DNA of 64,000 nucleotides from an uncultured Pseudomonadota bacterium (GCA_963836045.1 CAWIIC010000014.1:2524-66523); one strand, 5' to 3'. Counted from the first letter of the stretch, positions 38,262 to 49,736 are shown. The notes: a model not told the origin generated them from the letters alone. A program made the numbers and translations.

Positions 38262-38575
38262 TCTCTCAGCCCTTCACAGCGGCGTCTTAGCCACATAGAT
38301 GTATGAGCGACGCTGCCCGATTGGCATTCTGACGCTGTCGTGCTGTCCACCTTGCTCGAGTTCTTACCTCAGCTCTCCCCGTCGTCGTTACACACACCGC
38401 CATTCTTGACAGATAGTATCGAAATCGTTGCCCTTGGGACCACCATAGCCATATCCGGCGAGTCTGACACCGGATAAATCACTGGTCTTCCTCGACGGTC
38501 GAATCGTTGGAACTGGAGAGATTGCCGGTTCTTACCCCGGCAAATCGACATGGTCGCACAGCCCTGCACCTCGAG

Positions 38576-39310
38576 TCATGGAGTGCGGCGCCGCAGGGTT
38601 GCGGCCCCTAGAGCCAAGGCAAGGACCATAGAGCCGGCGACGATGGTCAGATCGACGATCAGAGGACCCCCGACCGTGGTCGAGGCCGTCACCCGCTGCA
38701 GTGCGTCCACGGCGTATGTAAGGGGCAGTACCTTGGCGATCCCCTGCAGGACCTCCGCCATTTGGTCACGCGGAACAAACAGGCCGCACAGCAGTATCTG
38801 CGGCATGATGATAGCCGGCATGAACTGGACCGCCTGGAACTCGGTGGTAGCAAACGCGCTGACAAAAATCCCTAGCGCCATGCCTAAGAGCGCGTCCAAT
38901 AGAGCGATCAGCAGAAGCAGAATAACCGAACCAGTCACCGTCAGTCCCAGCCACGTAAGTGCAAGCAGCGCCGCCAGAGCTACCTGCACTACTGCCGCCA
39001 GGCCGAACGCGATGGCGTATCCGAGTAGCAAATCGAGTTTGTTCATCGGCATCGTCATCAATCGCTCGAGTGTTGTGGTAGTGCGTTCCCGAAGTACCGT
39101 GACGGACGTGATCAGAAACATCATGACAAATGGGAAGATGCCGAGGAGGTCTGGGGCGATTTGATTGAACAACGCCGCGGAGTTGAACACGTAACGAAGC
39201 AGCACCAATAGAAGCGAAGGGACGACGATCAGCAACGCGACCGTGCGCGGGTCGTGTCGGAGCTGGCTGAGGATCCGGCGGGTCGTTGCCGCAATCAGTG
39301 CCGGGCTCAC
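38576..39310 (-). CDS. ABC-2 type permease
   Basis: QLRHDPRT, LRERTTTTLERL, TEFQAVQFMP and LPLTYAVD. Confidence 0.9.
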   Translation of the reverse strand: MSPALIAATTRRILSQLRHDPRTVALLIVVPSLLLVLLRYVFNSAALFNQIAPDLLGIFPFVMMFLITSVTVLRERTTTTLERLMTMPMNKLDLLLGYAIAFGLAAVVQVALAALLALTWLGLTVTGSVILLLLIALLDALLGMALGIFVSAFATTEFQAVQFMPAIIMPQILLCGLFVPRDQMAEVLQGIAKVLPLTYAVDALQRVTASTTVGGPLIVDLTIVAGSMVLALALGAATLRRRTP

Positions 39311-40034
39311 ACCGTCACGCTTTCCTTGTCCTCGATGAGGTGAAGAAAGGCTTTCTCTAGGTCTTGCTCGCCGGTTTGCTGCCTGAGTGCGTCCGGAGTA
39401 CCAGTCGCCAGGAACTTGCCCTCGCGCATGAGCAGCAGCTCCTGGCACCTGGCTGCTTCGTCCATGACATGACTCGAAATGAGAAGTGTGGCGCCATCCC
39501 TCGCCAGATCGTAGAACAAGTCCCAAAGATTGCTTCTCAGCACGGGATCAAGGCTAGCCGTTGGCTCGTCCAGTACCAGAAGCTCCGGAGACCCGAGCAG
39601 CGCCACGGCGAGACTTGCTCGTGAGAGCTCGCCCGTCGACAGCTGGGCGGACACCTGATTAGCGTGCGACGCGAGGCCGGCGGCAATGATCACCCTCCCA
39701 ACATCGCTTGCGGGGCCCCGACCACCGCGGCGAAATAGCGGAGATTCTCGGCGACTGTCAGGTCGGCGTATATGGCCGCGGTCTGCGTCGCGTAGCCGAT
39801 CCGCCGGCGAAGCATGGAGCTTCCGGCCGGCAAACCAAGAACCGTCACCGTTCCCCCGGCCACGATCTGCACGCCGACGACTGACCGCAGGAGCGTCGAC
39901 TTTCCGCACCCGCTCGGTCCCAAGAGCCCGGTAATCGAGCCTCGGCGTGCGATGAACGAGACGTCGTGAATGACTTCCCGGCGGCGTCGTACGACCCGCA
40001 AGTTCTCCACCAAAACCGCTGGCGCGTCATCCAT
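39307..40034 (-). pseudogene. ABC ATP-binding subunit, frameshifted near 39715 (or sequencing error)
   Basis: The Walker A half (GPSGCGKS) and the Walker B half (LVLDEPT, SHVMDEA) are in different frames, joined at a GGGGCCCC run. Confidence 0.8.
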
Positions 40035-40228
40035 ACGGTTACTTATATAGGAAGGCCGGCCGCAAAACGTGAGAATGCCAAAGGCATCACCCCCCACCCA
40101 GTGGGAGTCGAGTTAGGTAGGATGACTTCGATGGCCGGCATGCCGCATCGGATCGCGATCGTGAACACACCCCGTTCGCGGTTGCGGAACATGCTCGGGG
40201 CGGCAGCTCATCTCCGCATGCCCGCGGC

Positions 40229-41362
40229 TTACTCACTCGGTATCGATGGTCTCATGCTTCGCTCGCTGGCCCTATCCTGCTGAGAATAGGCCCGCTCCAA
40301 CCGCAGATAGGCCGCGTGCGACCATAAAAGCGGTGAGGCGATTGGCCCCCAGCGCTCCTTCCACGGTTCATACATCGAAGTCTCGTTGAGGTCAGAGGGG
40401 ATCTGCTCTGGGAGGTCTCCGTCGGGCGATGACTGCGCTTCGATCCACTGCAAGACTTCGCCGGCGGCGGCCCAATCGCCGCGCGCCAGCATGACCTCGC
40501 CGAGGTAGGCCGTCAGCAGAACCCACAGACCGCCGCCGTAATATGAGTCGGTTGAGTATCGATGAACCCCGCCGTTGGGAGCTTCGAGACTCTCGCGAAT
40601 GCGGTCAAGAGTACGCGTCATCACCTCTTCTTCCGCGTCAAAAACGTTGAAGGGCACGGCTGCCCACAGGGTACTGGCGTCCGGCGCGTTTACCCCGATC
40701 GATTTGTTGAGCCAGCCGTCGGGCGCACCTTTCACCACGAGGTAGGACCGTATCTCATCGGCCACGACCTGCCAGCCGGGTTCACCGAAGCAGCGAGACG
40801 CCGCCGCAAGGCCTCCATGAATCGCGCACAAGGTGGAGATGTGAATGTCATCGGGAAACTCTTCCCAGCAGTCGTAATTCGGGGAACGCCACAAATGCGT
40901 CAAGTATCTTACCAGCAGAGCTGCGGCTTCTCTCCAGCCGTCCGGGATGGGTCCCCCGCATCGGTCGATGTGGTCGGCTATTCCCCACAGGAATGTTCCA
41001 AATCCATCCAGCTGAAAGTTGGGCCAGTCATCCGCGCTGACTGATCCGTCGGCGCGATATCTGGTGTGAAGATAGACCCGAGGGACGGCTCCCACCGGAC
41101 CCGAAGTCGCCTCGCCCACGATGCGTTTGTTCTCGAGCGTGACAGAGCATCCCCACTCGTAAAATCTTCGCGCCGCGTCTCGATCCCCCCACAGGTCGAG
41201 GGCCTGCGCAATGAATGTTCCGTCTCGAAACCAGCAATATCGATAGACCGGGAAGGTGGGCGACGCTATAAACGCCCCGCTCTCGGTCTGACCCTCTCTG
41301 AGGACGGCCAGACTGCGCTGGACCAGGCTGGTGCGCTTTTCGGTCAGCACTTCGTCAATCAT
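40229..41362 (-). CDS. GH15 glycoside hydrolase (isomaltose glucohydrolase-like)
   Basis: SPTFPVYRYCWFRDG, QLDGFG, DCWEE, RY..DSYYGGGLW, LPEQ and PLLWSHA. Confidence 0.85.
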   Translation of the reverse strand: MIDEVLTEKRTSLVQRSLAVLREGQTESGAFIASPTFPVYRYCWFRDGTFIAQALDLWGDRDAARRFYEWGCSVTLENKRIVGEATSGPVGAVPRVYLHTRYRADGSVSADDWPNFQLDGFGTFLWGIADHIDRCGGPIPDGWREAAALLVRYLTHLWRSPNYDCWEEFPDDIHISTLCAIHGGLAAASRCFGEPGWQVVADEIRSYLVVKGAPDGWLNKSIGVNAPDASTLWAAVPFNVFDAEEEVMTRTLDRIRESLEAPNGGVHRYSTDSYYGGGLWVLLTAYLGEVMLARGDWAAAGEVLQWIEAQSSPDGDLPEQIPSDLNETSMYEPWKERWGPIASPLLWSHAAYLRLERAYSQQDRASERSMRPSIPSE

Positions 41363-43142
41363 GAATCACCACAATCAGTGTCCAGATACGAACCGACGGC
41401 ACAGTGAACCGAAGCTTTCCGCCCGACGTTGTGAACTGCAGAGGAACCGCGTCTGCCCCGCCGTCCGGGTTGGCGGCGTACACGGCACTGACCCGGGCTG
41501 GGCTCGGCATATCTACGGGGACGTTCCGGCGGGTTGCCGGCTGTCTCTTCACCATGTTCCATTCATCCGTCGGAGCGGAGTTGATCAAGCTCAGGGTATC
41601 AAACTCGCGGCCGGATCGGTGGATAGCCCACAATCCGCCCGATTCGATGATATCCTCTGTCCGGTACTCCAAGGACCGATCAAATAGATACGCCGTGTAT
41701 CGCACGATGAAGTCCCAGTGCTGGACTAGACGCTGCTGAAACTTGGAGCCAGGCCGGACAAACTTCGGGTAGTACGGATCGGCAAGCATTCCCGTTCCTT
41801 CGCCCAACAGCAAATGGAAGCCGCCGCTGGCGTGAATGCTCGCCGCCGTGAGAAGCGTGGCAGTCTCGGCTGCGTCGGGCCCGGACGCGTCGCTTATTCC
41901 CCAGCCGTTCTCCCAGTGGCCGTACGACTCGGCCGCTGCATTCCCCGCCGCACAGCTCATATAGGCAGCGAGAATCACCTGCCGCTTTGGGGCCAGCTCG
42001 CGGGCGTTTTTGATCAGAGCATGAAGGTCCAGCAGCTGGGTGAACGGCGGCCATACCTCGATATATGTGCATAGCTGGGGCTCGGGCGCAACATCCTGGA
42101 TCGGCCAGTTGGTTACGCAGTTGAAGATGATGCCGGTTCCTCCAACCGCTACGACTGCTTTCTGGGCCGCGCCCACTATGCCGGCCAGAGCCGGCCCCAT
42201 TTCCACGAGATTACCATGGTAGTCGTACGCCTCGGTCGGAAAACCGTACTGGTCCGCGTGAATCCCGTTGAAGCCGACCTCACGAATCGCCTGCCCGTAC
42301 TGTCCAAGGATGTGCTGTCTCCATGGACCCGGCCTCACGTCCTGCAGGTAAAAGAGGCCGGCGAGGCTAATCGGAGTCCCTCCGGGAGAGTCATAAAGCA
42401 GCTCGTCCTTGTGCTTCAGCGCGTACTCGGGCTCGGCGCCGTAGACCGACCCGTAGGCCATTCCCGCCATACCTTTTGACTTGATGGCAGCCAGCGCACC
42501 TCTCACCGACAGCATCGACAGACTCACTCCGAGGACATCCGTAAACGTATCCTTGGGCGGCAGGTACTGGTAGTGCCGGTACATCCAGTCGTAGAACTGC
42601 ACGACGTTGATGTGCCTTCGCAGCATCTCCGCGGCCCGCGACCCGTAATGCTGTCCCGGCGAGAAGTTGCTCAAGAATCCATAGCGCGGGGCGTCGACCC
42701 ACGAGTGCTGCACGTCGATGGCGGTTACCCCATGGTCGACGGCCGTCTTCCCATGAAGCAGCGTGATCTGTACGCCATATCCGGTGCCGGCGACGGGCGG
42801 GAGAGGAAACTCGACGACGTGCTCCGATTCTGTCACGTGCTTGCTTACAATCGACTCCACTTTGTCTAGGCGGAGAAGCCGAACCTCAATTGAAGTTCGC
42901 GCAACCGCTGCCTTCGAAACCCGGACGTGGATGGCGGCTTTCGCGCCCGGATGAAAGTACGCTCTAGCCGGATAGTAATCGAGCAGGCGCATGGCGGAGA
43001 GGCTGGGTGCCTCGACTTCTATCATCGAAGAAAGACGGCTCGCCGCCGGCGCCGCGCCGGCAGCGGCGGACACCGCCAGAAAGTCTTTGCGGCTAAGATC
43101 TCTCGACTCCAGTGTTTCCATGGGATCCTTCGAGCCAGTCAT
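41355..43142 (-). CDS. GH66 dextranase/cycloisomaltooligosaccharide glucanotransferase-like enzyme with a Tat-like leader
   Basis: APRYGFLS, QFYDWMYRH, GIHADQYG, YIEVWP, VILAAYM and YYPK. The N-terminus contains SRKDFLAVSAAAG. Confidence 0.85.
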   Translation of the reverse strand: MTGSKDPMETLESRDLSRKDFLAVSAAAGAAPAASRLSSMIEVEAPSLSAMRLLDYYPARAYFHPGAKAAIHVRVSKAAVARTSIEVRLLRLDKVESIVSKHVTESEHVVEFPLPPVAGTGYGVQITLLHGKTAVDHGVTAIDVQHSWVDAPRYGFLSNFSPGQHYGSRAAEMLRRHINVVQFYDWMYRHYQYLPPKDTFTDVLGVSLSMLSVRGALAAIKSKGMAGMAYGSVYGAEPEYALKHKDELLYDSPGGTPISLAGLFYLQDVRPGPWRQHILGQYGQAIREVGFNGIHADQYGFPTEAYDYHGNLVEMGPALAGIVGAAQKAVVAVGGTGIIFNCVTNWPIQDVAPEPQLCTYIEVWPPFTQLLDLHALIKNARELAPKRQVILAAYMSCAAGNAAAESYGHWENGWGISDASGPDAAETATLLTAASIHASGGFHLLLGEGTGMLADPYYPKFVRPGSKFQQRLVQHWDFIVRYTAYLFDRSLEYRTEDIIESGGLWAIHRSGREFDTLSLINSAPTDEWNMVKRQPATRRNVPVDMPSPARVSAVYAANPDGGADAVPLQFTTSGGKLRFTVPSVRIWTLIVVIHD

Positions 43143-44727
43143 TTGCGTACGATTACCAACGACCACAGATCTACCAACGGAACCGTGAACTGGAGCTGGC
43201 CGTGCACTTTGGTGTACGGGATCTCCTGCGGGTCGGGATGTTGGGGATCAGCCACGAAAACAGTCCCGACGGAATCGGGCCATGGCATCGAGACCGGCAC
43301 ATCTCGTTTCGCCGATGCCGATTTGAGCTTGTCCCACGGCGACATTGGGTCGACGTTGAGCAGGCTCAGCGTCTCGAACTCCGGGCCGGTGCGATGAATG
43401 GTCCACACCCCGTCTGCCTGGGCCCCGCTCGAGTATGTCAGGGACCGGTCCCAGAGGTAGCGGCCGTAACGGACCACGAAATCCCAATGTTCTCGCAGCC
43501 GCTCCTGAAAATCGGCGACCCGGCCGCACGAATTTCGGGTAATAGGCGTGCACCAGGATGCCTGTCCCTTCGCCCAAAAGCAGGTGGAATCCGCCGGCGG
43601 CGTGGATGGTCGCGGAGGTAAGCAGCGTGGCCGCCTCGGCCGCATCCGGGTCTTCGGTCGCGCAGCTCATGTACGCCGCCAGTATCACCTGCCGCTCCGG
43701 TGCCAGGCACCTTGCGCTGCTTATCAACCCGGCGAGATGACCCATTGTCGTGTAGGGCGGCCACACCTCGATGTAGGTAGCCAGTTGTCGCTCGCCGGCC
43801 GCGTCCTGAAGGGGCCAGTTTGTGACGAAGTTGAAGATGATCCCGTCGGCGCCGGCATCCTTCACCCTGGCCTGAGCATCTCCGATCAAGCCGGCCAGCG
43901 CGGGGCCCAGCTCGATTCGAGATCCGGCATGGTCATATGCGACGCTGCCCGACGTCTCTGTTCCGTACTGGTCCGCGTGGATGCCGTCGAATGCGAGCCT
44001 TCTGACGACGTTCTCATACTCGCCAAGGATTCGGTCTCGCCATGGGCCGGGCCTGACGTCCTGAAGGTAGAAGATGCCCCCTAGGCTGATGGGCGTACCC
44101 GTCTGGTCGTATAGCAGCTCTTCGGGCCGGTCGAGCGCGTACTCGGCCTCAGCTCCGTATACCGAGCCGTAGGCTATAGCCGCCATGCCACGCGAGTGAG
44201 CTGCGGCGATGGCGGACTCTACGGAAGCGAGCGAGATCGAGCGGCCGAGGATATCGGTGTAATCCGCGCTCGGGGGCAACAGCTGGTAATGCCGGTACAT
44301 CCAGTCATAGAACTGCACGGCGGTCACATGCCTGCGCAGTAACTCGTTCGCTCGCTCCTCGTAGTCCTCGCCGGCGCCGAATTCGCTGAGGAACGCGTAG
44401 CGGGGGGCATCGAACCAGGACTCATGGAAGTCGACGGCCGTGTAGTCGGTATCCAGGGTCTTGCCGCTCTCGTATGTCGACGAGGGCCGCGTGCAGGCCG
44501 TAGCTGTCTCCGGACCTGGCCGCCACCGGAATTTCGACGATGTGCTTCCGGCTCTCCACATCGATCTTCTTGGCGGCCACCGTTCCATCGAGATCGACAA
44601 GGCGCAGCTCGACGCCGGTACGACCGATCGCGGCCGCAGACACGTCGATAGATACGGTAACCGGCTCTCCCGGAGGAAAAAAGGCCTTAGTGGGCAAGAA
44701 AGCTAAGAAGCTTGCCGGCTCGCTCAC
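43139..44727 (-). pseudogene. Second GH66 without a signal peptide, two frameshifts (near 44473 and 43518; possibly sequencing errors)
   Basis: Three overlapping ORFs concatenate into a full-length paralogue with APRYAFLS, QFYDWMYRH, GIHADQYG and YIEVWP. Confidence 0.8.
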
Positions 44728-45599
44728 GCCTTGACCGCTCCGGCAGAAATTCCTTTCACGAAATGCCGCTGGAGCAGCAGGAAGATGATGACCATGGGGA
44801 CTGTAGCGATGATCGAAGCGGCAAACAACACGCTGTAGTCGGTGAGGTTCGCCCCTTGGTAGTACTGGATCGCGACCGGCAGAGTGAATAGGTTCGGGTC
44901 GTTGAGGAACGTCAGAGCGTACGTGAACTCGGTCCAGTTTCCCAAGAACGTCAGAATTGTCACCGTGGCAAGCGCGGGTCTGGCGAGCGGGAGCATGATG
45001 CTCCAGAACATCCGGAATATCCCGGCTCCGTCCATGTCGGCCGCATCTTGAAGATCGCTCGGAATGTCCTCAAAGAACCCTCGAAGGAGGAAGACGTTCA
45101 GCGCCATGTTGGCGGCGTATATGATGATCAGGCCCTGCAGGCTGTTGATGAGGTGTAGGTGCTCGGCCAGCACGAACTGCGGGAGGATCAGGACCATTGC
45201 CGGAAGCATGAACGTCAGGAGGATGAAGTAGAAGAAGATCGTCTTGCCTGGGAAGGAATATCGAGCGAACGCAAAGCCCAGCATCGCCGAGAGGAATACG
45301 CAGAGGAGAGTGCTGGCGACCGAAACCACCACGCTGTTGAACAGCGCCTGAGCGAAGCTGATGATTCCGTTGCCGTTCCACGCGTATACGAAGTTCTCAA
45401 AGGTCGGGTGCGTCGGAATCAGGATGGGTGGTATCGCAAGGGCATAGGTCTTGGGGCTGAAGGCTATCGACACCATGAAGATAAACGGGACCATCAGGAC
45501 GACGGCCCCTAGCACGAGGGCTGCGTACGTAAGCGTCGTTTTGCCGATCCGCCCGACCCGCACTATGGGAGGGACCGGTCGACGCGAAATGCTAGCCAT
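44724..45599 (-). CDS. Carbohydrate ABC permease (MalG-type)
   Basis: NSVVVS, FAFARYSFPG, EAA-loop variant DAADMDGA and TLPVAI. Confidence 0.93.
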   Translation of the reverse strand: MASISRRPVPPIVRVGRIGKTTLTYAALVLGAVVLMVPFIFMVSIAFSPKTYALAIPPILIPTHPTFENFVYAWNGNGIISFAQALFNSVVVSVASTLLCVFLSAMLGFAFARYSFPGKTIFFYFILLTFMLPAMVLILPQFVLAEHLHLINSLQGLIIIYAANMALNVFLLRGFFEDIPSDLQDAADMDGAGIFRMFWSIMLPLARPALATVTILTFLGNWTEFTYALTFLNDPNLFTLPVAIQYYQGANLTDYSVLFAASIIATVPMVIIFLLLQRHFVKGISAGAVKA

Positions 45600-45699
45600 T
45601 ACTTTCCCTCCAACTGCCACAGCCGGACATCATATCCGCCACGCCTACGATGATGGCGCACAAGGGCTCTCGAGCTCCCGGGCGATTTTGCACTGAGAA

Positions 45700-46674
45700 T
45701 CAATACTCATACCCCCGACGCAGGAGCCGCAGCTGAATAAGGGCTATGACGAGCATGAACACGGTGAACAGGTAGGAGATGGCTGCCCCATAGCCAAAGT
45801 CCGCGCCGGAGAACGCCGTTCTATACATGTAGGTCAAGACGCTCTCGGTACTTTCGAGTGGGCCGCCCGCCGTGCCGGGTCCGCCCGTGGTAGTCATGAC
45901 GTAAATCTGCACGAAGGAGTTGAAAGCTCCGATGGAGAGCACGACCACGAGAAACCCGATGGCCGGTCTGAGCAGGGGTATGGTGATTCGCCAGATCCGT
46001 TGAAACGCGTTGGCGCCGTCTACCCGCGCTGCCTCATACACCTCTTGAGGTATCCCCTGGAGGGCAGCAAGAAATATTATCATCGTCCACCCGACGCCCT
46101 TCCATATATCGAGGACGGCGATCGAAGGCAGCGCCCAGTTCACGTCTCCCAACCAGTAGATTGGTCCGGGGATCACATGGATCACGTTATAGAGGAAGTA
46201 GTCGAGCGGGCCAACCTGACCGTTGTACAGGTAGAGGAAGACCATCGAAACGACGACCCATCCGGTGATGACGGGTAGGTAATACAGCACTCGGAAGACC
46301 GCCCGAAAACGCAGCTTCTGATCGAGAAGCAATGCGGCGGCGAGCCCGAATACGATCTGCCCTGGAACGGATATCAGGGCATACAGGCAGATGTTTCGCA
46401 TCGCCGTCCAGAATATTGGATCGGACAATGCACGCTCGTAGTTGTTGAATCCAATGAACCGGCTCGACCCGATCATGTTCCAATGGAAAAAGCTCATGAC
46501 CAGTGCGTCGCCAAGCGGGTACACCGTCCACGTGAGGAACACGGCGCTGGCCGGCAGGATGAAGAGGTAGATCGGAATTACGCGTCTCAAGCGCAGCCGC
46601 CGGCTGGCGGGGATTTGAGTGGCTTTAGTCGTGACTATTCGGTTCACACTCTCAGCATGCTGCACGCTCATCAC
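45700..46674 (-). CDS. Carbohydrate ABC permease (MalF-type)
   Basis: FIGFNNY, WKGVG and YEAARVDGA..ITIPLL. Confidence 0.93.
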   Translation of the reverse strand: MMSVQHAESVNRIVTTKATQIPASRRLRLRRVIPIYLFILPASAVFLTWTVYPLGDALVMSFFHWNMIGSSRFIGFNNYERALSDPIFWTAMRNICLYALISVPGQIVFGLAAALLLDQKLRFRAVFRVLYYLPVITGWVVVSMVFLYLYNGQVGPLDYFLYNVIHVIPGPIYWLGDVNWALPSIAVLDIWKGVGWTMIIFLAALQGIPQEVYEAARVDGANAFQRIWRITIPLLRPAIGFLVVVLSIGAFNSFVQIYVMTTTGGPGTAGGPLESTESVLTYMYRTAFSGADFGYGAAISYLFTVFMLVIALIQLRLLRRGYEY

Positions 46675-46908
46675 TTCTCCCTAAAGCCGTTCAGACCCTA
46701 ATCCGATGTTCGTCTTGTATTGCCGTGAGCGGAGAACCCGCAGCTCTGCATTTCGCTGAACCGGATTGGGTGTCTTGTTTTTTCAGCACCGTCTGTGGGG
46801 CGACACTCTCTGATACCGGCATCGCACACGTTCGGGGCTGTCATGACGGAAACTGCCGCAACCTTTGTTCGCGACACAGTAGTGCTAGGAAACCCCACGG
46901 GCATGATT

Positions 46909-46938
46909 GAGGGCGAAGCTCGTGAGAGCCTCGCCCTC
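46909..46938 (-). terminator. Hairpin after the binding-protein gene (partial terminator or mRNA stabiliser)
   Basis: GAGGGCGAAGCTC-GTGA-GAGCCTCGCCCTC. Confidence 0.5.
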
Positions 46939-46945
46939 TGGCATG

Positions 46946-48214
46946 CTACTTCACGTATCCGTCGATGAGCTTGGCGGCAGTGGTGAGATTCGATTTCACC
47001 GAACCCTCGCCGCGCAGCGAGGCACCAACGGCGTTCGAGATCGCATTGTCGACCTCGGCTTCGTTGGGGCTCACGGTTCGAGGCTTCGCAGTCTGCAGCT
47101 GCTTGCTGAAGACCTTGTAGTAGCTAGGCTGGCACTTGCAGCCTGCTAGAGACTTCAACACCGACATCTCGCCGATGTTTCCCATAAGCCTCTGAGAGTT
47201 TCTCGAGAGCATCCAGCGAACGAAGGCCTCTGCGGCGGGCTTGTTCTTGGAGAACTTGCTCACCACAATGTCCTCACCACCTGTGACGGAGCGGCTGCCG
47301 CCGGCTCCGGCAGGCATAAGCGAGAACTTGTACTTCAGCTTCGGATAGGAGCCCTGGAGGATTGGCGGCATCCAGGGTCCGTCGATGATGAATCCGCAGA
47401 GGTTTTTGCCGAGACAGTCGGTGGTGCCGATGCCGCTGCCGAGGATAGTCGGGGTCATCTCGCCCTTCTTGTAGAGATTGACCAGCATCTGGATGGAGGC
47501 CACCGACTTCTTGTCATTCAGGTAGCCGGTTGACTTGGTGAAGCCGGCGTTGGTGATCGCCCCTCCGAAGGACCATATCCACGGATTGACGTTCCAGCTA
47601 CCGGTACCACCCTCCGCATAGCAGAAGCGCCCATGCCCGAGCTTCTTGATCTTGGCACAGTCGGACAGGAACTGAGAGACGGTCTTGGGCGGGCCGGAGA
47701 CCTTGATCTTCTTTAGGAGGGAGTTGTTCGAGATCAGCACTCTCGTGTTGGTATCGAGCGACATGCCGTAGTAGTGACCCTTGTAGTAGTTGGTCTTCAG
47801 CGTGCCCTGAAAGACGGTCTTGGCGTAGCTCTTGAACCAGGAAGTCTTGTCGAGGGGAACCAATACCTTCAGCTTGGCAAGCTGCGGAACCCAGATGATG
47901 TCCGAGCGCAGCACATCAGGGCCACTGCCCAGAGGCATCTGGGCAAAGACCTTTTGCTCGAGGCCGTTGTACGGATAGTTCAGAGCGTGGACCTTGACGC
48001 CTGGGTATGCTTTCTCAAAGGCGGGGATGATCTTCTTGGTTAAGACCGCGTTCTGATTGGTCGGCAGTCCCGTCGGGGTATACGCGTTCCAAAATGAGAT
48101 GGTGCCGTGGATGGAGGCATTTGCGCTGGTCGCGCCAACTGGGGCAGACACCCACGCGCTCGAAACAAGCCCAACAAGTACGAGGCTTGCGATGACGGAC
48201 GTAAATCGATTCAC
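46946..48214 (-). CDS. Sugar ABC transporter solute-binding protein
   Basis: FEKAYPGVKV, PDVLRSDIIWVPQ, DTNTRVL, DGPW and GGEDIV. Sec signal peptide without a lipobox. Confidence 0.9.
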   Translation of the reverse strand: MNRFTSVIASLVLVGLVSSAWVSAPVGATSANASIHGTISFWNAYTPTGLPTNQNAVLTKKIIPAFEKAYPGVKVHALNYPYNGLEQKVFAQMPLGSGPDVLRSDIIWVPQLAKLKVLVPLDKTSWFKSYAKTVFQGTLKTNYYKGHYYGMSLDTNTRVLISNNSLLKKIKVSGPPKTVSQFLSDCAKIKKLGHGRFCYAEGGTGSWNVNPWIWSFGGAITNAGFTKSTGYLNDKKSVASIQMLVNLYKKGEMTPTILGSGIGTTDCLGKNLCGFIIDGPWMPPILQGSYPKLKYKFSLMPAGAGGSRSVTGGEDIVVSKFSKNKPAAEAFVRWMLSRNSQRLMGNIGEMSVLKSLAGCKCQPSYYKVFSKQLQTAKPRTVSPNEAEVDNAISNAVGASLRGEGSVKSNLTTAAKLIDGYVK

Positions 48215-48314
48215 TCTAGTCTCCTTAAGTCAACGGTTACGGCATTAACCAACGTAGTAAATCGGAGCCAAATCGATACTGAATGTCACCTCCTTCTGTC
48301 TTGGGTCGGTCGTG

Positions 48315-49736
48315 TCATTCGTCGTTTTCACCTTTGGCCGCCCTGGCCAGTGCGGCCGGGGACAGAATCGATGCCTGGCTTGGGTCGGTCTTGCCACTAG
48401 TCGTTTTCACCTTTGGCTGCTCTGGCCGGAGCGCCTCGGGATTGATTGATATCTGGCCCTGCCGTGGTAAGGGGCGCAGCAAGCGTTCTCCTTTGGTTTC
48501 GGAGCTGCGATCCAGAAGGTAGGCCAGGGGCTCAGGCGCTCGTGATTCATATATCGGCGGACGAAGCATCTCCTGGACGACGATGCTGGCCGCTCCCTGG
48601 GCCCACGCCTCATCCCCCAGCGTTTCAAACACAAACCTGGGGTCCCGCCCGAGCATGGCAAAGGAGGCTTCCCCAATAGCCTTCTTCATCGGATCGAGCA
48701 GAACATTCCCGATGCGCACCCCTTCGCCGGTCACGATCACGAGCTCCGGGTTGAATAGGTTTAGGACGTTACCGACGCCCTGACCCAACATGGTGCCGGC
48801 CTTCGCTAAGACCTCACCAACCGCTGGGTCACCATCGGCACAGAGCTCGTTGACTTCGTCCATGGAAATGCTCGGCACTCCTCTGATCGCCGCGACTTGC
48901 TCGCGGATACCGTCCTCGGAGGCAGTGGCCTCGAGGCAGCCGACCGCCCCGCACTCACATTTCAGGTTGCCGCCCAGCTTCATGTGGCCGAACTCGCCGG
49001 CACCGCCGAAGGCGCCGCGATAGATCTCTCCGCCGATCACGATTCCGAGACCGATACCTTCGCCAAGAGTGACTACGAGGAAGTTCGCCACTCCCCGGCC
49101 GGCGCCGAAGGCGATTTGGGCCGCGGTCAGTAGGTTGACGTCGTTGTCCAGATACACCGGCACGCCGCAATGGTCTTCCAGCATTCGACGAACTTCGACG
49201 CGCTCCCAGGCAAGGAACGGCGAAAAGCGGCATACTCCTTGAGAGTGATCGATCAACCCGGGCATACCGATGCCGATGCCCAGCAGCCGGTCGCGGTCCT
49301 GTCCGCTGTCGTCGAACGCCTGCGCGACCTTGGCCGCGACTACTGCGAGGGTTTCCTCGGGAGTTGTGCAGGCGAACTGGTGTTCCACGTGGTAGAGGAC
49401 ATTTCCGGCCAGGTCCATCACGGCGACGGTCAAGGCGTTGCGCCGAAGTTTCACCCCGGCGGTAAGGGCCACGCGATCGTTCAACGCCAGGAGAATTGGT
49501 GGACGGCCGACTCCCGATAGTCCCTGGGTGGTTTCGCGGTCCTCAGTAACCTCTCGGATCAGGTCGGCGCGGAGAAAGTCATTGACGATTCTCGTAACGG
49601 TAGGCGGTGGCAGCTCGGCGACTCGGGCGATATCCGCTCGTGAGAGAGGGCCGGTCGACTGAATGATCTGAAAGACCCGGCTGTTGTTGATGTCTCTCAG
49701 CAGAGCCTTCGTGCCGCGCCTGATTGGTCCGCCCAA
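48315..49736 (-). CDS. ROK-family transcriptional repressor with a C-terminal extension
   Basis: HTH LSRADIA, GRPP, GIGMPG, NDVN and GEFGH..CECG..GCLE. Confidence 0.93.
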   Translation of the reverse strand: MGGPIRRGTKALLRDINNSRVFQIIQSTGPLSRADIARVAELPPPTVTRIVNDFLRADLIREVTEDRETTQGLSGVGRPPILLALNDRVALTAGVKLRRNALTVAVMDLAGNVLYHVEHQFACTTPEETLAVVAAKVAQAFDDSGQDRDRLLGIGIGMPGLIDHSQGVCRFSPFLAWERVEVRRMLEDHCGVPVYLDNDVNLLTAAQIAFGAGRGVANFLVVTLGEGIGLGIVIGGEIYRGAFGGAGEFGHMKLGGNLKCECGAVGCLEATASEDGIREQVAAIRGVPSISMDEVNELCADGDPAVGEVLAKAGTMLGQGVGNVLNLFNPELVIVTGEGVRIGNVLLDPMKKAIGEASFAMLGRDPRFVFETLGDEAWAQGAASIVVQEMLRPPIYESRAPEPLAYLLDRSSETKGERLLRPLPRQGQISINPEALRPEQPKVKTTSGKTDPSQASILSPAALARAAKGENDE

